Under the pieces are notes generated by a model. The model did no database searches, was not told the DNA's origin, and worked only from the letters and a program-made list of their open reading frames with translations. A stretch of DNA of 64,000 nucleotides from Squalus acanthias (Eukaryota): assembly GCA_030390025.1 (NCBI GenBank), contig CM059432.1:90088001-90152000 (forward strand), in the 5' to 3' direction. This document shows positions 14,042 through 26,329 of this stretch, one piece after another; the first letter of the stretch is position 1; each line of letters opens with the position of its first letter. The translations under genes were made by a program, and so were the position numbers.

Positions 14042-14175
14042 GAACAAATGTGCTATGTACAGAACCTCAAGAAAGCACTGTAGTGGGAAAGCGGTCACTG
14101 CCGCAGGGGGGAGATGATGACTTTGCTTCCAAGAGACCTCGCTCAGCTGGCAGCAGCAAACCCAGTCAGGAGCAG
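14042..14175 (+). CDS. ZFHX4: ZFHX4 internal coding exon (phase 1-0, 134 nt)
   Basis: tctcttcgcag acceptor, CAG|gtaaga donor; reads GTNVLCTEPQESTVVGKRSLPQGGDDDFASKRPRSAGSSKPSQEQ; phases fit both neighbours. Confidence 0.85.
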
Positions 14176-14782
14176 GTAAGAGACTAAAGAATTTTCTATC
14201 AGTTGTTTTTTTTTGTCTGTTTTGTTTATCATTTTTTTCCCAATTAATTGCTCGTCAAATATTTCCCAGCAAATTATTTATAAAAGGTTTATTGATAAAT
14301 ATTCAAATATTCAAACTGTCCAGTTTTACCTTTGGTATATCTTGATGTAAAGTGTTCTGTTTTCAATTATCACTTAAATGGAAATTGTCTTAATTTTTAA
14401 CATGGATGCAGGAAATTCCCACACTGTAAACAGGGGCCCATTTGTGATTACTGAAAATGGCAGCTTACATGTGAGTCTAATTTTTCACAAAAACAATGGG
14501 TAAAACAATTTGAAAGATATGCTCTTGATTTGAAATCTTACTGTAAAAATAAAGGACAATTTGATTAGCCACTTTTTCTTTGTTAGTATAGAACTGGCCC
14601 TTGTTGACGTGAAGGAATAAACATTGTATTCCATTTGACTTCATGTTTTATGAATGCACTTGTAATATCTCACTGCAAAATGAAATGATATGCATATCTT
14701 AAAAAAGCAGAGCAGAAAAACCTTGCGTGCTATATACCACCAGTTTTTAATATAAATTTTATTAAATGCTATTTGGTTTCAG

Positions 14783-14983
14783 CTCTACCAGTGCCCCTAC
14801 TGTAATTATAACAGTAAGGATGCAAACAGGATCCAGATGCATGTCATGTCCCAGCATTCCATGCAGCCTGTCATCTGCTGCCCTCTCTGTCAGGATGTCC
14901 TCAGCAACAAGATTCATCTACAGCTCCACCTGACCCACTTGCACAGCGTGGCACCTGATTGTGTGGAGAAGCTACTTATGACT
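14783..14983 (+). CDS. ZFHX4: ZFHX4 exon with two C2H2 zinc fingers (phase 0-0, 201 nt)
   Basis: ggtttcag acceptor, ACT|gtaagc donor; [67 protein letters not shown]. Confidence 0.95.
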
Positions 14984-15720
14984 GTAAGCAGTTTAAAATG
15001 TAACTCAGTCAAGGGGTTTTTGGCTTCAGAACTGGAAATTAAAATCCATCCCTATTTAAAATACAAGTCTGCCAGAGAGCATATTGCCCTTTTCAGAACA
15101 AAATGTAATCCTGTTGTGATTTATGCTGTAAGATAATTACTAATTTATTTGTAGATGAACTGCTGTGCCACTTCAGCATCATACATTACTCGGGGATGAC
15201 ATACTGGTCCACTTTTTCCCACTTAGAAGTAAAATAGCAATGGGCGCATGGTTGTTTTTGTGATTTTAAAAAATTATATTCTTGTGCATTGGGAATAAAT
15301 GTCTCTGATTTCTACATACTGCATAGCTTTTTAAAACTATTTTAATGAATGAGGAAAGAAAGTGCATCCATAGGAGAAAGAGAACAAAAGTGCAAGACCC
15401 AAGAAGCAGTGGCTGAAGAAACAGGTCAAAAGTCGCCAAAGGATGAGCAGAATTATTTAAAGAATAGCAGTAACAGAAAGTTGTGAGTACTAGTGGTTAT
15501 TTAAAAGGCAGTTGAAGATAACTAAAATGAGCATTAAAAGAGGTACAAGGTCAATAGAAAAGTGAGTTGTAGACAGCAGCAAGAGGGATTCAATGAAATG
15601 CTTTAGCTGTGTAGAAGGATACAACGCTTTGAAGATCTTAGGTTTTTAAAGGGACAATTTACGAGAAGTGTGATGAGAGGAATAAGGAGAAGTAATAGAT
15701 GTGCAATGTGAATTCTTTAG

Positions 15721-15850
15721 GTGTCAGCCTTGCCTCAGTGGCAGCACTATTGGCTCTGTGTCAGAAGTTTGTGAGTTGAAGTCTCACTCCAGAGACCTGA
15801 GCACATAATCCAGGTGGACACTCTAGTGCAGTACTATGGGAGTACTGTTA
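15721..15850 (+). mobile_element. tRNA-derived SINE head fragment
   Basis: Similar to the head of the SINE at 36087-36530; another fragment at ~28629-28735. Confidence 0.7.
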
Positions 15851-16850
15851 TGAAAATACTAAAAATATGAAATGTCTATAGGGTGCCTATACTCAATGAG
15901 ATACATCCTAAAATCTTCAAGAAAGTAGGCAAACTTTAGTTCGTATTTTTAGAAGCTCCATACATACAGGCGCTGTATGTGTGATATTTAAAAAGGTGAG
16001 ACGTGAACTAGGGAATGATAGATTAATTGGTCTAACATTATTAGTGAGGGAAATGACCATCTACAGTGCATTTTATTCACATTATCAAAGCTCAGGTCAC
16101 AATGAGTACTCAGCATAGATTTAGAAGCAATAGCTCGCACCTACTGGATCCTTTAAGGAAATAACCAAATTATTTGGTAAGAATTGTTCATATAATTTAC
16201 TTGGATTTTCAGAAAGCATTTATTAAAATTCCACATCTAAGGCTGTTAAAGAAGATTAGGCCTAGGCATTTCCTCACAGCTGTTCCCACTCTGCTGCCTT
16301 AACTTCGCCAGCGGAAACCCAGGAGCAGCTCTGAGGAAATTCCTAGTCTCATGGTATTAATAGCACATTAACTGGCTGACTAAAAATTCACCAATAGAAA
16401 GCTGAAGGTGATGGAAAGCCTCCACCTTGAGGTCAGTGACTCGAGGACTCCTATAGAAGTTTCTTCTGGTCCCCAGCTGTTTACACTGCTCATGTGGAGG
16501 AGGGTACATCTAGTAATATTATGAAATTTACTAATGTCATCAAACTGTGTGGCAAGTTGACCAGTGTAGGAAGAGATTTATAGCCATCAAAGAAATCTGG
16601 ACAAACTCAGCAGTTGGCCTAAGTAATAGTAAATGGGTTTTAATGTGAATAAGTGTAAAATAAAGCACACTGAAACAGCAACAGAATCTGTACACAACGA
16701 AGGGGTCTGTTTTCGCTGGGCAGTGAAGAAAAATTATTTGGATATAATTTTTGGCCCTTCATTGAAAGCTAAGATCAAGTCAGAGAGATTTGATTATAAA
16801 TTGAAACAGGCTATCTTAATCCTGAGTAATCCATTAAATTAAGAGTACTG
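15850..16850 (+). mobile_element. Old degenerate CR1 LINE RT fragment
   Basis: Remnants such as ttggattttcagaaagcattt and atgggttttaatgtgaataagtgtaa; boundaries approximate. Confidence 0.6.
16259..16348. mobile_element. ~90 bp palindromic MITE inserted in CR1 remnant
   Basis: gcctaggcatttcctcacagctgttcc / ggagcagctctgaggaaattcctagtc inverted repeat. Confidence 0.65.
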
Positions 16851-17319
16851 TATACAATATTTGGCTCTGGTCTCTGTTTGGTAATTCAAGTGAAAATGTA
16901 GACATGAATATGTGGTAAATTGGTTGAAAATACTAATAGCTAGTCATCTCGGTTATCATTGCTCTGAATATACCTACTTCTCCAAAATGGATTAATGGAA
17001 AGTTCAGAAAGAAACAATTTAAGTTTGTTAATGTCATAAATGAGGTGTTTGTGCATTAATAAGTTTAAAGAATGGCAGTGACAGAAGTGAAAAGTACGAG
17101 ACTGTATTGTAAGGTGGGGGACAGGGGTTTGGGTGGTTCAAGTTAGGTGCAGCTCATTGAGGAAGTGGGTGGAGAGAACAGCCAGAGACAGGAAGAAGCA
17201 AGGGCCATAGGGAAGTTTATACCTTTTTTAATTAGTTTCTATAGTCAGTGTAGAGAAGTTCTAACCTGCTAGTTCTTTGCAAATCTGCGAGATTATACCA
17301 GTGTGCAGGAGAAATCTAG

Positions 17320-19001
17320 AAAAGTAGAACAGTAGAAGACACAAAAAGCATACCAAAAATAGTTGGGAACCAAGGGGCTAATCAGAGTGAAGAACTTAAA
17401 ATAATTAAGATCAGTAGAGAAAAAGTACTTGAGAAACTAATGGGACTAAAAGTCAACAAATACCCTGGACCTGATGGCCTACATCCCAGGGTTCTAAAAG
17501 AGGTGGCTGCAGGGATAGTGGATGCATTGGTTGTGATCTTCCAAAATTTCCCAGATTCTAGAACAGTCTCAGCAGATTGGAAGGTAGCAAATGTAACCCC
17601 ACTATTCAAGAAAGGAGGGAGAGAGAAAACAGGGAACTACAGGCCTGTTAGCCTGACATCAGTTGTCGGGAAAATGCTGGAATCCATTATTAAGGAAGGG
17701 GTAACAGGGCATTTAGAAAATCATGGTTTTATGAAAGGGAAATCGTGTTTAACAAATTTATTAGAGTTTTTTGAGGATGTACCTAGCAGGGTAGATAAAG
17801 GGGAACCAGTGGATGTAGTATATTTGGATTTCCAAAAGGCATTCGATAAGGTGCCACATAAAAGGTTGTTACGCAAGACAAGGGCTCATGGGGTTGGGGT
17901 AATATATTAGCATGGAGAGAGGATTGGTTAAAGGACAGATTACAGAGAGTAGTGATAAACGGGTCTTTTTCAGGTTAGCAGGTTGTAATTAGTGGGATGC
18001 TGCAAGGATCAGTGTTGGGGCCTCAGCTATTTACAATTTATACTCATGACTTAGATGAAGGGACTGAGTGTAATGTATCCAAGTTTGCTGATGATACAAA
18101 GCTAGGTGGGAAAGTAAGCTGTGAGGAGGACACAAAGAGCCTGCAAAGGGATATAGACAGGTTAAGTGAGTGGGCAATAAGGTGGCAGATGCAGTATAAT
18201 GTGGGGAAACGTGAGGTTATTCACTTTAGTAGGAAGAATAGGAAAACAGAATATATTTTAAATGGTGAAAAACTATGAAATGTTGATGTTCAGAAAGATT
18301 TAGGTGTCCTCGTACAGGCAACACAGAGAGATAGCATGCAGGTACAGCAAGCAATAAGGAAGGCAAATGGCATGTTGGCCTTTATTGCAAGGGGGTTGGA
18401 GTACAAGAGTAAGGCAGTCTTGCTACAATTGTACAGGGCTTTGGTGCGACCACACCTGTGCACAGTTTTGGTCTCCTTATCTGAGGAAGGATATACTTGC
18501 CTTGGAGACAGTGCAACAAAGGTTCACTAGATTGATTCCTGGGATGGTGGGATTGTCCTATGAGGAGAGATTGAGGAGACTAGGCCTATATTCCCTAGAG
18601 TTTAGAAGAATGAGAGGTTATCTCATTGAAACATAAAATTCTTACAGGGCTTGACAGGGTAGATGCTGAGAGGTTGTTTCCCCTGGCTGCAGAGCCTAGA
18701 ACCAGGGGGCATAGTCTCAGGATAAGGGGTCAGCCATTTAAGACTGAGATGAGGAAGAATTTATTTACTTGGAGGGTTGTGAATCTTTGGAATTCTCTAC
18801 CCCAGAGGGCTGTAGATGCTGAATTGTTGAGTATATTCAAGGCTGAGATAGATAGACTTTTGGACTCTAGCGGAATCAAGTGATATGGAGATCGGGCGGG
18901 AAAGTGGAATTGAGGTCGAAGATCAGCCATGATCTTATTGAATGGCGGAACAGGCTCAAAGGGCTATATGGCCTACTCCTGCTCCTAATTCTTATGTTCT
19001 T
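17320..19001 (+). mobile_element. CR1 LINE, 5'-truncated, RT region and 3' end
   Basis: PGPDGLHPRVLKE, NYRPVSLTS, YLDFQKAFDKVPH, QGSVLGP, KFADDTKL; 3' tail cctaattcttatgttctta; frameshifted. Confidence 0.93.
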
Positions 19002-19595
19002 AAAAATACTTTGCAAGGCAGCACTTGAGCTGTTAGGGCAGGTGAATATTTACAGTAGATGTTATTTGTGGAGAAGCGAAAACAATTTAAAAGTAAAAGT
19101 GAGTATTTAAAGGACAACAGAGAAGAAAGCTGTGTTATTGCAAAAATATCCAGCCACTGAATGTAGTGCAGTGAAGAGCAACAAAACCAATCCTATCTCA
19201 AGGCATTGGAGCTATCAGAAAAGGTTGAGGAGCTTGGGATTCTTTACTCTGGACACGAGTAAGCTTAGAAACAAGGAACATGGGCTCAAGCTTAGAAGAG
19301 GGGAGGGTTCACAAACAATTTAGATTTAACTACTTTATGCAGAGAGTGATACACGTGTGGAACAGACTGCACAAGGAGGCAGTGGAGACAGATTGTGTGG
19401 AAAAACTTAAGGGAACATTGGATAGGTATTTGAAGAACTTGGCAATTGTACATTATTAGTTTTTGAGACAAGCCAGGTGGATTGCAGTGTCTTCTCTGTT
19501 CCTGTAGTTTCCTATGTTCCTAATCTGTGCTAGTTTCATTAAAGATGAATAATTGAGAGATCTGCAGGTGCTCACCACAGACATATAAACACAAA

Positions 19596-21830
19596 GGCCG
19601 AAATTTTCCGGGGTGGTAGCGAACGCGATTGGTGGCGGGTCGGGTGGGAAAGTTGTTATTTTTGTCATCGTCTCTCATCACGGAGCCGACCTGACTGGCA
19701 GCGGCAGGGGACCCAATTCAGATGTAGTTTACAGACACTTAAGAGCCTTTGTCCACTTACTTTTTAAATTTTCCTGCATGGCCACGGGATTCTCGCAGCT
19801 TGGGAACCACGTCTGTCAACCTGAGGCGGGAGTTCAGTGGCCATTGCTCCAGCTGATTACTTGACAGCATCAAATGTACAGTAAATGCTCCCACCTGACA
19901 GATGATCACTTTCCTCAGGCAGAAGCTGTTGCTCAGTCCATTTCCAGCACAGATTCTGCAGGCTGAAAGTGTTTCCAGCAAAGTCTCCATCCAGTGTCAC
20001 CTCATTGGAAGAACTCTCTCACCATTGACAGAATGCTTCTGTCATCTGTATTCTGAACTACTATTTCTCATCTACATGCTGCCCTTTGGCGACATCATTC
20101 GAAAGCACAGCGTCAGTTTCCACATGTACGCTGACGACACCCAGCTCTACCTCACCACCACTTCTCTCGACCCCTCCACGGTCTCTAAATTGTCAGACTG
20201 CTTGTCCGACATACAGTTCTGGATGAACAGAAATTTTCTCCAATTAAATATTGGGAAGACCGAAGCCATTGTTTTCGGTCCCCGCCACAAACTCCGTTCC
20301 CTAGCCACTGACTCCATCCCTCTCCCTAACATCTGTCTTAGGCTGAACCACACTGTTTGCAACCTTGGTGTCATATTTGACACCGCGGCATAACTAAGAC
20401 TGCCTATTTCCACCTCCATAACATCGCTAGTCTCCGCCCTTGCCTCAGCTCATCTGCTGCTGAAACCCTTATCCATGCCTTTGTTACCTCTAGACTTGAC
20501 TATTCCAATGCACTCCTGGCTGGCCTCCCACATTCTACCCTATGTAACCTTGAGGTCATGCAAAACTCGGCACTCGTGTTCTAACCTGCACCAAGTCCCG
20601 TTCACCCATCGCTCCTGTGGTCGCTGACTTACATTGGCTCCTGGTTAAGCAGCGCCTCGATTTCAAAATTCTCATCCTTGTTTTCAAATCCCTCCATGGC
20701 CTCGCCCCTCCCTATCTCTGTAACCTCCTCCAGCCCCACAACCCCCCAAGATGTCTGCGCTCCTCTAATTCTGCCCTCTTGAGAATTCCTGATTATAATC
20801 GCTCAACCATTGGTGGCCGTGCCTTCTGTTGCCTAGGTCCTAAGCTCTGGAATTCCCTGGCTAAACCTCTCCGCCTCTCTACCTCCGTTTCCTCCTTTAA
20901 GTCGCTCCTTAAAACCTACCTCTTTGATCAAGCTTTTGGCCACCTGCCCTAATTTCTCCTTATGTGGCTCAGTGTCAAATTTCTTGTCTTATAATAGTCC
21001 TGTGAAGCGCCTTGGGATGTTTTACTACGTTAAAGGCGCTATATAAATACAAGTTGTTGTTGTTGTTATCTGTACTTCACCTGCCATCTATTCCATCAAC
21101 ATGGGTGCTGTTTATACTGTCTCACCTTGGTCCTCAGAATCGGACCACGATGAGCCCTAACACCAGCAGCACCAACAACAACATCAACCTTCTCCGCAAT
21201 CACCTCATGCTGCACAGGACAGAGGGCATCAGCACCTGACCACATTGCTGCCCAGGTCGCCAGGGATGGCCTCACCATGGCCAGATTTATTTAACTTTAC
21301 ACTGTACACCCATATGGCTGCCACATGATGCACCAGGTTGGCACCACCCCACACCAACACTATAAAGCATCCCTACAATGCCCAAGCTATTGCTTTCACA
21401 CTCATCACCATTGCGTGGGGTACCGTTATGTCTCACCATTCACTGCAACTCACTAAGCCACTTTCAAAGGTGCACACAAATCGGAAAGTGTTGAAAATAA
21501 AGGTTTTTATGTTTGACACCACATTAACAGAAACTTTACATAAACATTGGATAAAACACCCAAGTGTGTTGTTAGTTGGTATGATTGCACTAGGATGAGG
21601 GTGAGTGTGAAGTGTGGCAATGAAATGGGGATGTGATAATGTAGATAGAGAGAGAGGGATGGGTGGAGGTGCAAGGTATGTTGGTGTGAGTAAGGATGTG
21701 CAGGAGTAGGGTGGGAAAGGCAGAATGATGGGGCTGTGATGAGAGGGAAGAGGACCTCCATTCATGCTCTGACTCCATAAGCATATGGAGGGTGTCATCG
21801 GTGAACCTGGGTGCAGCCCTCTGCCTCTGT
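19596..21830. mobile_element. Truncated copy of the Harbinger deletion derivative at 46660-48331, interrupted by L2
   Basis: Starts ggccgaaattttcc; long colinear similarity with 46660-48040; right TIR missing. Confidence 0.85.
20051..21067 (+). mobile_element. L2-clade LINE, 5'-truncated, (TTG)n tail, TSD ATCTGTA
   Basis: HMYADDTQLY, NFLQLNIGKTE, LHWLLVKQRLDFKIL, GPKLWNSL; 3' stem agcgcctt/aaggcgct. Confidence 0.92.
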
Positions 21831-21859
21831 AATCAGTGCTAATCTTGCCTCTATGTCTC

Positions 21860-22250
21860 CCTTCAGAATTTGTGCACATAAACTAACCTGACAATCCAGT
21901 GCAGAGGGAGTGTTCCATTATTTGAGGAATTGTCCTTTGGCAGAGATGTCACACCAAAGCCTCAAATGCTTGTTCGAGTGGTTTAAATGGACTTTATATA
22001 GATCGCATGGCACTATTCAAAGAAAAGCAGGGAGGTGTGTTCCGGCTGAAATCCACCCCGCCAAAACAGATCAACTGGCCATTTATCTCATTGCTGTTTG
22101 TGGGACCTTGCTATGTGCAGAATCCCTGGCATATTTGCCAGCATAATAACAATCACTGTATTCAAAGTAATTAATTGTATGTGAAGTACTTTGAGACATT
22201 TCTAGGAGATTAGATAAGATACTTCCTTGAATGCAAGTCTTTCTTTCTTT
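21860..22250 (+). mobile_element. Degenerate Deu-domain SINE
   Basis: tctcattgctgtttgtgggaccttgct core and gcaagtctttctttc tail; similar to 36087-36530. Confidence 0.7.
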
Positions 22251-22682
22251 GTGGTTAAAATTCGTTACAATATCACCACACACAAGTCAGTTTCACTTTC
22301 AGATTTCGGACCACCCCAAAGGTGACAGTTCAGCTGAGGCCTAAAAAGGTAAGTGCTGGGGGCTGAATTAGAGGGAGAGCTGGCCACTACTAAGTCTCCC
22401 TCCATTTGCAGAATTTTGGCCTTGCTACCACTACCCTGGCCTACCACCATCTTTCACCAGGTGAACTTGGGGAGTGGCGATTAGAATGTAAGGTAACAGC
22501 AAAATTGTCCAGGAAGCCAGCCCACCCCCAACCCCCCTGTTAGCATTTACAAAGGGAGAGCAAAAGAGGGGTGGAAGAGGTAAATGGAGCTTGTGGGCAG
22601 GGAGGTGAAATTTGGCCCCCTTTTCCACAATTATCTCATTCGGAGGAAAATTCAGCCCCATGTTTGGGTTTTAAAAGCCTAT

Positions 22683-23450
22683 GGGGGAAAAATTCATTAG
22701 TGACCATTTTGGGTTGCTAACATCGCTAGGGCGCTAAATTTAGCGCCCGACGAAAAATAGGTGATCGCTAACTTCAGTTTTAATGCCCCAAGAGGGAGGT
22801 GGAGCGTTAATTCAAGTGTTCCACTTCTTTCTTAGAGCGCTAACCCCGAGTATCGGGGCGGTGCTTTCTGCAGCACTACGCACTGGGCCACGTAACGCTG
22901 CCACATGGAAGGGCCCCTCCCCTCATTAAAGGCGAGGGCCCAAGCCCACAACTCTGCGGGGCCCTACCTGGACCACCGGGGAGCGGGGTGCCATGCCAGC
23001 AGCCCGGCACTCGAGGAGTGCCGGGCTGCTAGATCGCTGCACGGACCCCGCATTGAAAGACGCAACGGGCCGCGGCAAGTAAGTCGGTCGATTTTTTTCC
23101 CCTGCCCACCACCTCCCCTTTACTTACTGCCCTGTGAGCCTCCTGCTGCTCGTCCCATTCCCGAATTGGTCGCTGTCATCGCCCGGCGCAGATTCAGGGG
23201 GCGCAGGCCAATTTTGCAGGCGCGGGCCAATTTTGCAGGTGGGGTGAAAACAGGGCGCTGCGCACGGTGATGACATCGTCATCGCCTGCGCAGCGGAGCA
23301 GGCCGTTACCAGTTACCGCTGCAACTAAACTCCCGCTGAATTGAGCGGGAGTTGTTAGCGGCGCCATGCCCGAGCAAATAGTCATTTGCGCCCCGTTAGC
23401 GCCCCCCAGAGGCGCTAACGGGAGGCACGAATGCACCGAATTTCTAGCCC
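22683..23450. mobile_element. Non-autonomous Harbinger-like element, family A (768 bp), TSD TAT
   Basis: tat|gggggaaaaattc ... gaatttctagccc|tat; GC/CpG-rich interior. Confidence 0.85.
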
Positions 23451-24623
23451 TATAAATTGTAGCTGTTCACAGAGTAATATACACAGATCCTGGAGTCTTG
23501 GCAAGATCACAAATTCTGCTTCGTAGTGAAACTACAGGAAACAAAGTGTGGACTTAACTTTTGCTCCACCATAACGTTTTACAGCATTGATGTTCGGGTT
23601 CTGCTTATTATTTAATCTAGGTATTTAGTGTAATTTCTGTATCATCTATAAAGCTGGATAAGCATTTCTAATACAAATAGATGTGAACCTTTGGAAAGAT
23701 ACATATAGGCATGGTATTAAAAATTGTAACTTTTTTTGACAATTCTCAGGACACCCAACATCACTTATACTAATTTGGTTTAGCATAATTTCAAATATTT
23801 AATATTTATACAATAGAGAATGTTAGTTCCATGTCATTTTTTCAAATAGGTTTTAATAAAATCCTTACTCATCACTATGAAGAGTGTATATATGGCAAAT
23901 GTATTTAATAAGAACTCATAACAAAGAGCTTGTATAGTGGGAAAGTGGTTGCGCCATTTCTCATAACATAGTTTGTCTCAAATAATTTCCAATAATGCTT
24001 CTAAACCCTTTCGGACATATGATGTAGCTTTCCAATAAAGATGCCTTCACATTCTAAATTTTGTGCGAAAATTACAATTAAAACTAAAAAAGTAATACTT
24101 TGAGCAGTGAGTAGTTTGTGGAATTAGGACACTTGTGCACTGAGAGGGTAAGCATACATCTGACAGTGGATGTGTGCCTGGAAATGCAGTGTTTCTGAAC
24201 AATGTTGGGATTTTTCCTTTATTTTTTTATGTAGCCATTTAGCACAAATTTTGCACATTCCCTGGCAGGATTAGCAAACTAGTTAAAGTGGTGCATTGGC
24301 TGCCTGTGAAGTGTTACAGGATCATTATTACAGATGCATTACGATTGCCTGTTTTTCATTCCCACTGATTAAATCAAGTTCAGAGAAGAATGATAAGAAT
24401 AACTGCAGCTCTTAGGGTTCCTAGTTATGAAGAGAAAATCACAGAACTAAACTTGTTTACATTAAAGAAAAAGTTGAGAGAATGCTTGATCCGGCTCCTT
24501 AAAATGCCAAGTGGCATAGGTAATGTAGATTTAATCTTGGTACTGATTGAAACTGGGACTGAAAGTGCTAATCTAGAGAATGGGAGTACAAAATTAATGA
24601 GCCTAAATAAGACTAGAGATTAG

Positions 24624-24763
24624 AAAAAATGCGAAATACTGCGGATGCTGGAAATCTGAAATAAAAACAGAAAATGCTGGAAACACTCCATGGGTCAGGC
24701 AGCATCTGTGGAGAGAGAAACAGAGTTAACGTTTCAGGTCGATGAACTTTCATCAGAACACAG
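24624..24763 (-). mobile_element. Penelope-like terminal repeat with minimal hammerhead ribozyme motif
   Basis: Minus strand CUGAUGA-a-AGUUC-auc-GACCU-GAAAC-GUUA-ACUCUG; second copy at 63426; sits within CR1 remnants (~24370-25110). Confidence 0.75.
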
Positions 24764-26208
24764 AAGACATTTTTTCCCTGCAGAGTAAATGATATGTGGA
24801 ATAAAATCCCACAAAAGTAATTAATGTTGTCAATTTCTTTTCAATTGGAAAAACATGGGTTAATTAATGACAGCCAACACGGATTTGTTGACGGTAAATT
24901 GTGTCTGACAAACTTGATTGAGTTCTTTAATAAAGTAATGGAGGGGGTTGATAAAGGTAGTGCAGTTGATGTTGTGTATGTGGACTTTCAAAAGGTGTTT
25001 ATTAACTTTAATAGTCTTTTTAGCAAAATTGAAGCACATGGATTAAAGCAACAGCATGGATAAGAGACAGAAAGCAACAAGTCATGGTGAACAATTATTT
25101 TTCAGACTGGAGCATCCTTGTAAGGAAGTGCAGCCAAGCTTCAGGCCACAGCTGACTGCTACTGTATCTGTGCATGTGCAAACTGTATGTGGCATGGTAG
25201 CCACAGGTGTCCTTACAGCAGATGATACAGCTCAGCATCTGCCTTTCTGCTAACCTAGACCCTGACAAGGCAGGTTCCATGGACATTCCAAAGTAGGTTT
25301 TCCAGGGTTCACAGAAATGGTTGGTGGCAACTTGGCAAGTACATCCAAACAGGCAACTTTGATACTTGATCTAGTATGTCTTCTTTTATGTAGTAACAAG
25401 CATGGCATGCCTTTGAAGAAAGTTACTGCATAACTAAGTCAGACATCCACATTTCAAAATAATGCCACTGGGGTCTTCTGACGCAATCTCCTTCGGAAAG
25501 AGGAGCCACAACCAGCACAACATCCACCAAAGGAAAGCGTGTTAGCTTTCTGTACAGACGTGGGATGCTGAGTGTGAGCGGAAGAACATGTAACACCTCT
25601 CGGTCAGGCTGACTCGCCTGGTATCACTCCACAGATATGACTTTTCCTTTGAGCACATCAGCTCAGAGACTCCGTATTGACAATCCTTCTAGTACCAATA
25701 AAGAGAGCTATTTCAGACCATAACGACCTATCCAACCACCCTCCACCCCCCCGCCCCCCCACTACCCCTTCCCTGTCTGCTGGAAAATGTGGTGGTTGCC
25801 AAAATAGGCATTAAGTGGGTGTGACTAAATCCCACTCCATTTCCTGACCTGGCTACCGCCTATCTTGAGGCACAAACAGGGCAATAAAGAGACCAAAATT
25901 GGCCCCTATTTATTCTGACTACTAATGTTAATATTTTTGTTTGAATCTATTAAATGAAATGCAGCCCACAGAAAATGTTTTGGTTATTGGCTTACCTAAA
26001 GATAGGACAAATAGAAATTCCTCCATACGTTCCATCAATCCTATTGGCAAGGTTCCTTCTCGTCGTGATTTTGCTTTCGATCAATGAAACATATGGAATG
26101 ATTTCTCACCTAAACAAAGTACATTTTGCTATAATAAATACAGCAGTTGTTTGTATGTAATATTCATACTGGTATATTACATAGTCTCTTCTTGTGTTTC
26201 TTTTAAAG

Positions 26209-26329
26209 GTGTCTCTTCCAGATGGGATGAACCCCACCAGCATATTGCCCTCAACTGGTTCTGAGAAAATGCAATGTTTCCTTAGCAATACTGCAGCTGG
26301 AACTACAGAGGAATCATGTAAACCATCCG
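26209..26329 (+). CDS. ZFHX4: ZFHX4 internal coding exon (phase 0-1, 121 nt)
   Basis: Pyrimidine tract plus ttttaaag acceptor, CCG|gtaagc donor; VSLPDGMNPTSILPSTGSEKMQCFLSNTAAGTTEESCKPS. Confidence 0.85.

Noticed and set aside
14984..15136. In-frame read-through extension of the zinc-finger exon
   Set aside because: Good GT donor at 14984; the extension has no recognisable similarity and no supporting evidence
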